From the IMG/VR virus record IMGVR_UViG_3300029448_000001, positions 32,001 through 96,000 of that record: a DNA stretch of 64,000 nt. One strand, given 5' to 3'. The stretch is from a virus. Numbering within the stretch: position 1 is the first letter of the stretch; each line of letters opens with the position of its first letter. The notes below the pieces were generated by a model that was not told where the DNA came from, ran no database searches, and was given only the letters and a program-made list of their open reading frames with translations. This document shows positions 55,427-64,000 of this stretch, piece after piece. The position numbers were made by a program, and so were the translations under genes.

Positions 55427-56777
55427 AATATTGAAACATTTAGTTTATGATAAAAAGTACACTAGAACTGTTTTACCTTTTTTAAAAAAAGAATACTTTA
55501 CTCAAAATGCTGAAATAGTTTTGTTTGAAGAAATTTGTAAATACATTCATGAATATAAATCTAATCCAACCAAAGAAACTCTTTTAATACAGGTTGATAA
55601 AAATGCATCTTTATCAGAAAATTTACATAAAGAAACTCAAAATCTTGTAGAAGAGGTTACTGCTAATTCTGATATTCAAGATTCAGATTGGTTGATAGAT
55701 ACGACCGAAAAGTTTTGTAAACAAAAAGCAATATACAATGGTTTAATGCAAAGCATTCAGATTGTAGATGAAAATGATAAAGAAAGAAATAAATTAGATT
55801 TAGGTGCTATACCTAAAATATTGACTGATGCGTTAGCTGTTTCTTTTGATAATCATATTGGTCATGACCTTGTAGAAGATGCAGAGCAAAGACATGAGTA
55901 TTATCATTTGGTTGAAAAAAGAGTTCCATTTGATATTGAGATGTTAAACAAAATAACCAAGGGTGGTGTTCCTGAAAAGTCTTTGAATGTTATTCTTGCA
56001 GGTACTGGTGTTGGTAAATCTTTGTTTATGTGTCATTGTGCCTCTGCTAATATGGCTATGGGTAAAAATGTTCTTTACATAACTTTAGAAATGTCTGAAG
56101 AGAGAATTGCTGAAAGAGTTGATGCAAATTTGATGAATGTTAAGTTAGATGATTTAGTTGCTTTACCTAAAGATAGTTATATGAAAAAGATAGAAAGAAT
56201 AAGGGAAAAAACTGCCGGTAAATTAATTATCAAAGAATATCCTACTGCAACAGCAAATCCTCTGCATTTTAAGAGATTACTAGATGAATTAAGATTAAAA
56301 AAGCAATTTATCCCAGATATCATATACGTTGATTACATAAACATATGTACGTCTTCAAGAATCAAGCCTGGGTCCAATGCCAACTCATACACTTATGTCA
56401 AAGCTATAGCAGAGGAACTCAGAGGACTAGCGGTCGAATATAGCGTTCCTATAATATCTGCAACTCAATCTACAAGGTCAGGTTATACAAATACTGATGT
56501 AGGATTAGAAGATACTTCAGAATCTTTTGGGTTACCTGCGACTGCTGACTTTATGTTTGCAATAATTTCTAGCGACCAATTATCAGAATTAAATCAAGTT
56601 TTGATAAAGCAACTTAAAAATAGATATAGTGACCCAAACAAAAATAAAAGATTTATTGTGGGCATAGATAAGCCTAAGATGAGAATTTATGATGTAGAGC
56701 AGACTGCTCAAGGAGATGTTTTAGATAGCGGTCAAACTGAAACCAAGCAAGATAAATTTAAGGGGTTTAAGGTATGA
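55410..56777 (+). CDS. gp41: Replicative helicase
   Basis: AGTGVGKS, LEMSEE, IIKEYPT, VDYIN, SESFGLPATAD, QLKNRY. Confidence 0.95.
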   Translation: MDLEHKILKHLVYDKKYTRTVLPFLKKEYFTQNAEIVLFEEICKYIHEYKSNPTKETLLIQVDKNASLSENLHKETQNLVEEVTANSDIQDSDWLIDTTEKFCKQKAIYNGLMQSIQIVDENDKERNKLDLGAIPKILTDALAVSFDNHIGHDLVEDAEQRHEYYHLVEKRVPFDIEMLNKITKGGVPEKSLNVILAGTGVGKSLFMCHCASANMAMGKNVLYITLEMSEERIAERVDANLMNVKLDDLVALPKDSYMKKIERIREKTAGKLIIKEYPTATANPLHFKRLLDELRLKKQFIPDIIYVDYINICTSSRIKPGSNANSYTYVKAIAEELRGLAVEYSVPIISATQSTRSGYTNTDVGLEDTSESFGLPATADFMFAIISSDQLSELNQVLIKQLKNRYSDPNKNKRFIVGIDKPKMRIYDVEQTAQGDVLDSGQTETKQDKFKGFKV

Positions 56778-57145
56778 TAAACGAAAGAAATTTAGATGAC
56801 TTAAAAAATACATTAAACGGATTAAAAAAATCAATTAAAGAACTTGAGAAAGTGGTTGATAGAATAGAATGCCCTAGAGATTGGAGCCAATCAATTTACA
56901 CTACAACTGTTAATTTAGATAATGAGGTTCGTGAAACTTACGATTTATATGAAAACGTAAAGGAAACTTCTATATACGATTCAGGTTCAGGTGCAACAGA
57001 AACATCTTTAGTCATGAATGAAGACGAAATGAACGACTTACAATTTAAATTTGATTTTGACGAGGAAAACTTGCAATCACACGAAATAGAGGACGAAGTG
57101 AAAAACGTAGTCCAATTTCCATTCCCAAAACAAAACAGACCTTAA
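56774..57145 (+). CDS. Hypothetical protein
   Basis: ORF coupled to the gp41 stop; ends NVVQFPFP. Confidence 0.6.
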   Translation: MINERNLDDLKNTLNGLKKSIKELEKVVDRIECPRDWSQSIYTTTVNLDNEVRETYDLYENVKETSIYDSGSGATETSLVMNEDEMNDLQFKFDFDEENLQSHEIEDEVKNVVQFPFPKQNRP

Positions 57146-57153
57146 CAGTAGAT

Positions 57154-57306
57154 ATGTTTAATCCTATTGAACTAGTTGAAGAAAGTAGTTTAACTAGGAT
57201 TAAAATATATAAAAAAAGTGGTATGTACTACTTGGTTAGAAATTCTGTAATAATATACTCAACATCTTCTAAATTAGTAGCAGTATCGAGAATGGTGACA
57301 TATTAA
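57154..57306 (+). CDS. Possible 50-aa hypothetical protein (not in ORF track)
   Basis: MFNPIELVEE...RMVTY fills the gap; weak SD. Confidence 0.4.
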   Translation: MFNPIELVEESSLTRIKIYKKSGMYYLVRNSVIIYSTSSKLVAVSRMVTY

Positions 57307-57310
57307 AAAT

Positions 57311-57318
57311 TATAAATA
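57311..57318 (+). promoter_or_regulatory. Late promoter
   Basis: TATAAATA before the late gene block. Confidence 0.72.
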
Positions 57319-57353
57319 CTCCTATAGAAAAACGAACAATATAGGAGATTTTA

Positions 57354-57704
57354 ATGTCAAAAGATGTTCTCAAAAATACTGATACTGAGGTAGTTGTTAG
57401 AGTTACCTCAGAGTCTACGGCAAACGTGGCTTTTGCCGACAGTACAAAAGATACTGTGACACCTACTGAATATCATATCAAAGAAATTCATTATTCTAAT
57501 GATGCCTCTCATATAACTCAAATCTTTCGTGCAAATACACTTCTATATAATTTAGGAGGTTCAGGCAGTTTCAAATATGATTCTTGGGTTGATAGTGCAA
57601 ATTCAACTTCTCCTATACGAGTTACTCCCACTAATAGTTCTCATAAGTATACGGTAGTGCTTCATTTAAGAAAAACTGCATCTTATGACTCTAGCGAGTA
57701 TTAA
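57354..57704 (+). CDS. Putative small virion protein
   Basis: Late promoter, SD AGGAG, beta-rich S/T/N composition. Confidence 0.6.
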   Translation: MSKDVLKNTDTEVVVRVTSESTANVAFADSTKDTVTPTEYHIKEIHYSNDASHITQIFRANTLLYNLGGSGSFKYDSWVDSANSTSPIRVTPTNSSHKYTVVLHLRKTASYDSSEY

Positions 57705-57726
57705 TAAATAAGACGAAAGGATTTTT

Positions 57727-58050
57727 ATGGAAAATCAAAACGAAGTATTAGATATGGCTCAAAGAAGACAAAGAGCAATGAGATTCAAAAGACTTCAAAA
57801 AAGAGTACAGAGAGCAAGAACTTTGCAAATGAGAAGATTTGCAGATAGAAGTCGATTAACTAAAAGAGCAACTAGGACAGCTAGAGGATTTTTCAAAAAA
57901 AGACTTGCAGGAGGTAAATCATACTCTCAATTAGGAACATCTGCAAAAATGCAAATTGACAGAAGATTGGGTAAGTTTAAAGGTGCTGTAAAGAAGCTGG
58001 CAACAAGACTAATGCCTACAGTTAGAAAGAAAGAATTAGCTAGGAGATAA
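57727..58050 (+). CDS. Highly basic Arg/Lys-rich protein
   Basis: NEVLDMAQRRQRAMRFKR...; SD AAGGA. Confidence 0.65.
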   Translation: MENQNEVLDMAQRRQRAMRFKRLQKRVQRARTLQMRRFADRSRLTKRATRTARGFFKKRLAGGKSYSQLGTSAKMQIDRRLGKFKGAVKKLATRLMPTVRKKELARR

Positions 58051-58053
58051 AAA

Positions 58054-58914
58054 TTGATTTATGATTATTGTATGTTTTTGAATGAGAATGATTTATTTGA
58101 AGTTAAATTAAATGCTCATTGGAATGTAGTTGATAAGTTTATAGTATGTGAAGCAGGACAAACACATACAGGATTAAAAAAGTCTTTTAATTTTGATGTA
58201 AATAGATTTGAAAAGTATAAGGATAAAATTGTTTACATAAGAATAAATGACTTTGAGGAAGAGATGAAAAAGTTTCCTAATTTTTTCAATGCTAAAGTTT
58301 TAGAAGAAGTAGTGCAGTCTCATCAAAATATTGATGATTGGAAAAGAGAAGCGTTTCAAGTGAATTATGTTTGTATAATATTAGATTATTTAAAAGCTAG
58401 TGATAATGATTTAGTTTTAGGTCATTGTGTAGATGAAATACTAAAAGAAAAAAGTATTACAGAGGCTACACAGTTTTGTGGAAAAGATGAAATAGTTAGA
58501 TTTAATACAGATTTGTATGTTTATAAATTAAATTTACTTCACAAAACAAATGTTACGGCCGCAGGTTGTATGACAACTTTTAAAAAACTAAAGGAGTTAT
58601 CTCCAGCAGTTATTAGACAAATGAATTTAGGAGACAAATATATTGAAAATGCAGGTTGGCATTACACATTTTTAGATAGTACAGATGGAGAAAACGTATT
58701 ATTAAAACAAAAGAGTTGGGCACATTCTAAAGATGTTTATGCAAATAAGAAAACTAAGTTTGATTTTGATACGAAAGAAGAAGCAGTAGAAAGATTGTAT
58801 TCAGATTATGAACCTACATTAGTAGAGTCAGCGTATTTAAGTTACCCTACTTTTGTTCAGAATAATCTAGATAAGTTTAAAAATTACATATACAAAGAGG
58901 AATCAGAGGCATGA
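58054..58914 (+). CDS. Glycosyltransferase family 17-like
   Basis: IYDYCMFLNENDLFEVKL, VDKFIVCEA..THTG..K, VDEI, GWHYTF. Confidence 0.78.
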   Translation: MIYDYCMFLNENDLFEVKLNAHWNVVDKFIVCEAGQTHTGLKKSFNFDVNRFEKYKDKIVYIRINDFEEEMKKFPNFFNAKVLEEVVQSHQNIDDWKREAFQVNYVCIILDYLKASDNDLVLGHCVDEILKEKSITEATQFCGKDEIVRFNTDLYVYKLNLLHKTNVTAAGCMTTFKKLKELSPAVIRQMNLGDKYIENAGWHYTFLDSTDGENVLLKQKSWAHSKDVYANKKTKFDFDTKEEAVERLYSDYEPTLVESAYLSYPTFVQNNLDKFKNYIYKEESEA

Positions 58915-60752
58915 TGTTATTTAAAAAATATACAAATTATCTTTTAGAAAAAAAAGAGGTAGAACAAGATCCTCACGTTTCTAAGAGAGATGGTAGTCAG
59001 CCTAAAAAATATTATAAAGGTCTATCTAAAGATAAAAAGACATCTAGAGCCTCGCACTTTGAAAAGCATGGGAAAAAATCGGATTCAGACCCTGATGCTT
59101 ACAAAGATGCACCTGGAGATAAAAAAGCTAGAGAAAAAGGAAAACTTAAAACATCAAAGCATACAGAAAAATATAAAAAAATGTATGGAGAAAAAAGCGA
59201 TCCTTGTTGGGACACACATATACAAAAAGGAATGAAAAAGAAAGGTAATAGAATGGTTCCTAATTGTGTTCCTAGAGAGCAAACTAATGAAGCTAGTTCT
59301 CCTGAACAACAAGTTCAAATGAGTAGATTGGACCAGTTAGTTCGTATGGGATTAGCTGATAAAAAAGAATTAGCGTTATTAAGAAGAGCAGTTACAAAAT
59401 TAAGAAGTGGTTCAGATTTAGCACAAAATGAAAGAGGAGCCGCTTATGATTTACTAACTACTTTGTTAGACATGGTTTTATCAACAAATAGTATGTTTAA
59501 TTTAACAAAGAAAAAATTAAAAGAAGAAGAAGTTCAAGAAACTCCTATGGGAAATCTTGGTAAAAAAATTGGAAGTTTAATTCACAAAGGACAATATAAA
59601 TCTGCGTTAAAAGATTTAAAAGATGTATTAAAAAGAAAACCAAAAGGAAGAAATTTATATTATGCATCTAGAGTGGCTCAAAGTTATAAAGATGTAGATG
59701 CTAAACTTTTAACTAAAATGTTAGTTACTGAAGATTATAATGAAGGAGTTACTACTGATGGTATAGGTATGGCGAAAATTGAACTTGCTAATTTAGAACA
59801 AGATGTAGAAGATTTGCAAGAGATGTTTATGAATATGCAAGAAGAACCTGAGCAATGGGTTCTTTCAAAAATAGCTAAAGCCACTGATTACATAGAGTCA
59901 GCGAGAGATTATTTGGAGTTTGAAGGTTTAAATAAGTCTGAGGATATGGAAGAAGGTTTAGAAGAACTAGAACTTGATCCTGAACTAGAAGAAGAAGTTG
60001 AACAAATTTTTCAAGAAATGCTTGAAGAAGAAGAGTTTGACCAAGATTTTTATGATGTATTAGAAGAAGAAAAGATTACAGGTTTAGTTAATAAAGCTGA
60101 GAAGTCAGGAATATCATATAGTATTTTAAAACAAGTTTACAATAGAGGAATGGCCGCTTGGAAAACAGGGCATAGACCCGGAGCATCTCAGCAACAATGG
60201 GCTTTTGCAAGAGTTAATTCTTTTATAACAAAAGGTAAAGGTACTTGGGGAGGTGCTGATAAAGATTTAGCCGCTAAGGCTAGAGGTAGTGAAAAGAAAG
60301 AGTCTGTAGAATTAGGAACTGATGCTTCTAGAGTAGCTTACGCTAGAGAAACGCCGGGACAAAACCCTGACTTAGTAACTGCAAAGTATTCGGCAGATAC
60401 AGTATTAAACGTATTAAATGATATTCGTACTCAAAGAGCAAAAAAGATATATGAGGAAGAAGAAGAAATAACCGAAGCAGAATATCAAGGAAAAAAAGTA
60501 AAACTAAACGACCCTTTCAGAACATCTGAAGGTCCTAAAAAGTTTTCTGTATATACAATGGGTCCGAAAGGTAAAGTTGTAAAAGTTAATTTTGGTGACC
60601 CAAACATGGAAATTAAAAGAGATGACCCAGAAAGAAGAAAAAGTTTTAGAGCAAGACATGGTTGCGATACAGATCCGGGACCAAAGTGGAAAGCAAAGTA
60701 TTGGTCTTGTAGAATGTGGGAAAAAGGCAAATCAGTTTCAGAATTAGACTAA
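58911..60752 (+). CDS. Modular putative internal head protein
   Basis: Alternating basic modules and acidic linkers; KSGISYSILKQVYNRGMAAW and FGDPNMEIKRDDPERRKSFRARH modules. Confidence 0.65.
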   Translation: MMLFKKYTNYLLEKKEVEQDPHVSKRDGSQPKKYYKGLSKDKKTSRASHFEKHGKKSDSDPDAYKDAPGDKKAREKGKLKTSKHTEKYKKMYGEKSDPCWDTHIQKGMKKKGNRMVPNCVPREQTNEASSPEQQVQMSRLDQLVRMGLADKKELALLRRAVTKLRSGSDLAQNERGAAYDLLTTLLDMVLSTNSMFNLTKKKLKEEEVQETPMGNLGKKIGSLIHKGQYKSALKDLKDVLKRKPKGRNLYYASRVAQSYKDVDAKLLTKMLVTEDYNEGVTTDGIGMAKIELANLEQDVEDLQEMFMNMQEEPEQWVLSKIAKATDYIESARDYLEFEGLNKSEDMEEGLEELELDPELEEEVEQIFQEMLEEEEFDQDFYDVLEEEKITGLVNKAEKSGISYSILKQVYNRGMAAWKTGHRPGASQQQWAFARVNSFITKGKGTWGGADKDLAAKARGSEKKESVELGTDASRVAYARETPGQNPDLVTAKYSADTVLNVLNDIRTQRAKKIYEEEEEITEAEYQGKKVKLNDPFRTSEGPKKFSVYTMGPKGKVVKVNFGDPNMEIKRDDPERRKSFRARHGCDTDPGPKWKAKYWSCRMWEKGKSVSELD

Positions 60753-60763
60753 GGAGAAAAAAA

Positions 60764-61789
60764 GTGTTTTCAAAAAGAAATTTTGGATTAACGGATAGCA
60801 TTATAGAAACTAGTAAAAAAGTTTCTGAAGACTATCAAGAAAAAGTAAAAGGCTTAATGGCAAAGATGGGAATAAAATCTTTGAAAGACTTGTCGCCTGA
60901 AGAAAAGAAAAAATTCTTCAATAAATTAGATACTATGCACAAAGCTAAACATGAAGAAGTTGAACTTGATGAAGCTAAAAGCAATTTTCGTGGGAAAAAA
61001 TACGCCTACGATAGCGACAAACATTTTGGAGGTAAAGGAACACCAGAACAAAGAGTACAACTTCTTAAACTTAGTAATAAAGCATTGAAAGCCGTTCCTA
61101 ATTCACCTGCACAAAAGAAAATTCAAAAAGAAATACAGGCTCTCAGAAAAGAAATGGGAATGAGTTTTAAAGAAGAAGTTGAACAAGTAGATGAACTCAA
61201 GGTAAGAACATTAAGAAGTTATAAAGATAAAGCAATGGACGATTATGAAGATAAAGTTGATCCTAGAAAAGGTAGAAAATTAACAAGTCCAGAAGCAAAA
61301 AAACGAATGCAAGGTATTCACAGAGCCTCTGATAAGATACAAACTGCAAAGATAAAGCAACGTCAAAGAATGGGTGTAAATGAAATATCTAAAGACTTGG
61401 CAAAAAGTTATGCAAAAAAATCTATGAAAGATATTGCGAAGAAGCAACATTCTACAGGAACAGTAAATACATCTAAAAGATTTGCAGGTCTTGATAGAGC
61501 GAAAAAAAGAATTGTAAAAGATGATTTAGATTTAGAAAAAATGGCTGGTGAATTAGATGGTGCTTCAAAAATGCACAAAGGTCAATCTGATAGAATTAAA
61601 AAGCACTTGAATAAAATGGATAGCGGAAAGACTAAATCTGAAAGAACTCTTACACCAGGAGAAGAAAATAAAAAAGAAAAGATAGTAATGTCTTTAAAAG
61701 ACAAAGCGGCAGATTTTGAAAAGAGATATCCTGGTAAAGGCAAACAAGTTATGTATGCAGTCGCTACTAAAATGGCTAAAAAGGATTAA
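60764..61789 (+). CDS. Modular basic putative internal head protein
   Basis: GTG at 60764 after AAGGAG; EEVELDE / EEVEQVDE linkers. Confidence 0.62.
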   Translation: MFSKRNFGLTDSIIETSKKVSEDYQEKVKGLMAKMGIKSLKDLSPEEKKKFFNKLDTMHKAKHEEVELDEAKSNFRGKKYAYDSDKHFGGKGTPEQRVQLLKLSNKALKAVPNSPAQKKIQKEIQALRKEMGMSFKEEVEQVDELKVRTLRSYKDKAMDDYEDKVDPRKGRKLTSPEAKKRMQGIHRASDKIQTAKIKQRQRMGVNEISKDLAKSYAKKSMKDIAKKQHSTGTVNTSKRFAGLDRAKKRIVKDDLDLEKMAGELDGASKMHKGQSDRIKKHLNKMDSGKTKSERTLTPGEENKKEKIVMSLKDKAADFEKRYPGKGKQVMYAVATKMAKKD

Positions 61790-61791
61790 AA

Positions 61792-62697
61792 ATGGATTTC
61801 GACTTAAATTCTTATTTAAAAGAACTAGATGTTATTTTTGAAAAGGCAAAGAAAAACATCAGTAAAAAAATTACAAAACCTCAACCTGCCGAAGATCATT
61901 TTGGTTTCAAAAAAACTAAACTTAGGTCTTTAAGATATGAACTAGGAGTTATGGAAATAAACATGAAAAAGATGACCGAAAGAGAGTTTAGAAAATTAAA
62001 AGAGGAAGTAGACCTAGAAGAGAGTAAATCTAGTACAGGTTATGAACTTTATCATAAAGATTTTTCTTCGGCCATGCAACATGCTTATGATTTTGCAAAA
62101 AAGAAATATAGAGTTGAAATTGATCCTAGAGATATTGATAAAAAAGTTGCGACAGGACCTAAAAGACCTTCTTCAGGTAAAGCAAATGCTTATAGATTAT
62201 TGGATAAAACTGGTAAAAAAGCAATTCAAGTGCAAGTTACAAATCTTGATAATAAAAGATATGAACTTAACATGTATAAAGAAGACGTTGAACAAGTAGA
62301 TGAGATATCTAAAAGTATGATGGGTAGATATCTTAAAAAATCTGCTACTAGTTTGAGCCATACTTCATATAAGCATGGTGCAAAAAGTATGAGCAAAAAT
62401 AATTATGACGATAAAAAAGATTATAGAAAACTTTCAAACCGTCAAAGTGGAATTCAAAGAGTGGCTTCAAGATTATCAAAAAAAGAAGAAGTCAAAGTTG
62501 ATGAAGATTCTGTTAAAAAAGCTAGAGTAAATTTGCGTATTAAACAAACACAAGCAAGACAGCAAAAAGTTTTAGATAGACTGAAAAGAAGAAAAACTAG
62601 AATTAAAACAGAAAAGATGATGAGAGATGGGGATAAATTAAGTGGTAAAAAAGAACCTATAAATTTAGAACCTGAGTTAAAAACTGATAAAAGATAA
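61792..62697 (+). CDS. Modular basic putative internal head protein
   Basis: EEVDLEE, EDVEQVDE, EEVKVDE linkers between Lys-rich modules. Confidence 0.62.
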   Translation: MDFDLNSYLKELDVIFEKAKKNISKKITKPQPAEDHFGFKKTKLRSLRYELGVMEINMKKMTEREFRKLKEEVDLEESKSSTGYELYHKDFSSAMQHAYDFAKKKYRVEIDPRDIDKKVATGPKRPSSGKANAYRLLDKTGKKAIQVQVTNLDNKRYELNMYKEDVEQVDEISKSMMGRYLKKSATSLSHTSYKHGAKSMSKNNYDDKKDYRKLSNRQSGIQRVASRLSKKEEVKVDEDSVKKARVNLRIKQTQARQQKVLDRLKRRKTRIKTEKMMRDGDKLSGKKEPINLEPELKTDKR

Positions 62698-62731
62698 ATA
62701 TAGAAAATAAAAACAACAAGGAGATACAAAA

Positions 62732-63208
62732 ATGGCACTTTGGGGAACAACAGATAAAGTTGCAGGATTAGGAACAGTTTCAGTTAGTAATTCAGCAAAT
62801 CCTACAATCGTAATTGGTAGTGGTACTGCTTTAAGTTCAAACGTAGAAGTTAAAGACGTTATGCTTTTAGGGGCAGAAAGAAGACAAGTAGAATCAGTTA
62901 CCAACGCTACAGCACTCGTAGTTGATACAGCGTATGACGGAATTAATCTATCAGGTCATGCTGTGTCTATTCAACCTGCACCAAAGTTTGTTGCAGGAGC
63001 AGACGTAGCCGCAAATAATATATATGGAGTATCAGATGCAGAAGCAGTTGTCTCTAACAATATAGGTAGAGGACTAAACACTCCAGGTTGGAACAAGTAT
63101 GTAAGTTATAGTGATATGCATGGAACAACTAGATATAAAGTAGAGCCATTGTGTGTTCTTAATGTATCTGGCGATGCTGAAGATGATGCAGTATTAGAAG
63201 ATTCTTAA
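62732..63208 (+). CDS. Putative virion structural protein
   Basis: MALWG start, TPGW, RYKVEPL; SD AAGGAG. Confidence 0.65.
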   Translation: MALWGTTDKVAGLGTVSVSNSANPTIVIGSGTALSSNVEVKDVMLLGAERRQVESVTNATALVVDTAYDGINLSGHAVSIQPAPKFVAGADVAANNIYGVSDAEAVVSNNIGRGLNTPGWNKYVSYSDMHGTTRYKVEPLCVLNVSGDAEDDAVLEDS

Positions 63209-63279
63209 TTTTAATTTAGTGGCCTGAATCCCAGGATTAGCATTCCGATTAAATTCGGTTTATAGAATAGGAGAAGTAA

Positions 63280-63816
63280 ATGGCAGATAAAAAAGTAACT
63301 CAACTTTCGCAACTAACAGCAGTCGCTAACACCGATGTGCTGTTAGTTATTGATGATCCAGGTGGAACTCCTGTAAGTAAAAAAATAGAACTAGAAGATA
63401 TTTTTGGAGCAACTTCACAAACAAGTTTTTCTACTATGGACTTTGGTGCTACAGGAAATTCAACTATAGCATCTTCATATCTAACAGTAGATACATCAAA
63501 CTTAATGATGGTTCAAACTGGAATGGTTGTAAATGAAGATGGTGGAGATTCTGATACAAGAGTAGAATCAAACAATGATGAAAATATGATTTATGTTGAT
63601 GCTGGTAATGATAGAGTAGGAATAAGAACAAATGCTCCTACTTCAGCGTTAGATATAAATTCTAATTCTATTCGTGTTAGAACAGCACAAACCCCTGCAA
63701 ATGGAGATAATTCAAGTATAGGTTTAGGAGTAGGAACAATAACTTGGGACACTAATTACATTTATGTGGCAGTAAATTCTTCAGCAATATTAAGGGCAAG
63801 TTTAAGCACATTTTAA
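63280..63816 (+). CDS. Putative virion structural/fibre protein
   Basis: MADKKVTQL, DDPGGTPVSKKI, RVGIRTNAP, WDTNYIYV. Confidence 0.65.
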   Translation: MADKKVTQLSQLTAVANTDVLLVIDDPGGTPVSKKIELEDIFGATSQTSFSTMDFGATGNSTIASSYLTVDTSNLMMVQTGMVVNEDGGDSDTRVESNNDENMIYVDAGNDRVGIRTNAPTSALDINSNSIRVRTAQTPANGDNSSIGLGVGTITWDTNYIYVAVNSSAILRASLSTF

Positions 63817-64000
63817 ATGATTGTTAATTTAAGTGATGAAAATTTTGAAGAGTATGTTGTAAGTAGTTATAAGAATCCTAATTGCGTTTCGATTCTTGAG
63901 TTTTTGGACGATTTAAAAAAAATACAATATATAAAAAGATTACTAAACAAATACTCAGACAAAGGAGAATTGAAAGAAAGATTGATATTAAATCATATAA
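63817..64000 (+). CDS. Conserved T4-like hypothetical protein, 3'-truncated
   Basis: MIVNLSDENF...YKNPNC...EFLDDLKKIQYIKRLL...LKERLILNHI, open to the window end. Confidence 0.7.
   Translation, partial: MIVNLSDENFEEYVVSSYKNPNCVSILEFLDDLKKIQYIKRLLNKYSDKGELKERLILNHI

Noticed and set aside
1375-62904. Many short opposite-strand or alternate-frame ORFs in the track (e.g. 1375-1626, 15985-16332, 24617-24937, 29845-30189, 62454-62750)
   Set aside because: They lie inside well-supported genes, lack SDs or motifs, and reflect codon bias or repeats
1-64000. Alternative genetic code, introns or inteins in core genes
   Set aside because: gp17, gp23, gp41, gp43 and gp46 are intact at normal lengths under the standard code

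Overview
AT-rich 64 kb segment of a T4-like myovirus genome, probably from an aquatic phage of a beta/gamma-proteobacterial host. It carries the core neck/tail/packaging/head genes (gp13-gp23, gp3) and the replication/recombination block (uvsY, uvsW, gp55, gp47/46, gp45/44/62, regA, gp43, uvsX, gp41), with gp55-type late promoters (TATAAATA) and a few sigma70-type promoters. Accessory content includes giant RCC1-repeat proteins, a late-driven minus-strand ADP-heptose/glycosyltransferase operon, and a collagen/Gly-rich fibre cassette inserted after the portal gene. It also has an IscU-ErpA-cytochrome c operon, def, a vWA/MoxR pair, hsp20 with a ROSE-like leader, and modular putative internal head proteins. 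The strongest signals missing from the ORF track are a 23-aa PqqA (PQQ precursor) gene at 50157-50228 (-) and a ~210-nt structured RNA with its own promoter at ~7850-8062 (-). All family assignments come from motif recognition by eye; no database searches were run.
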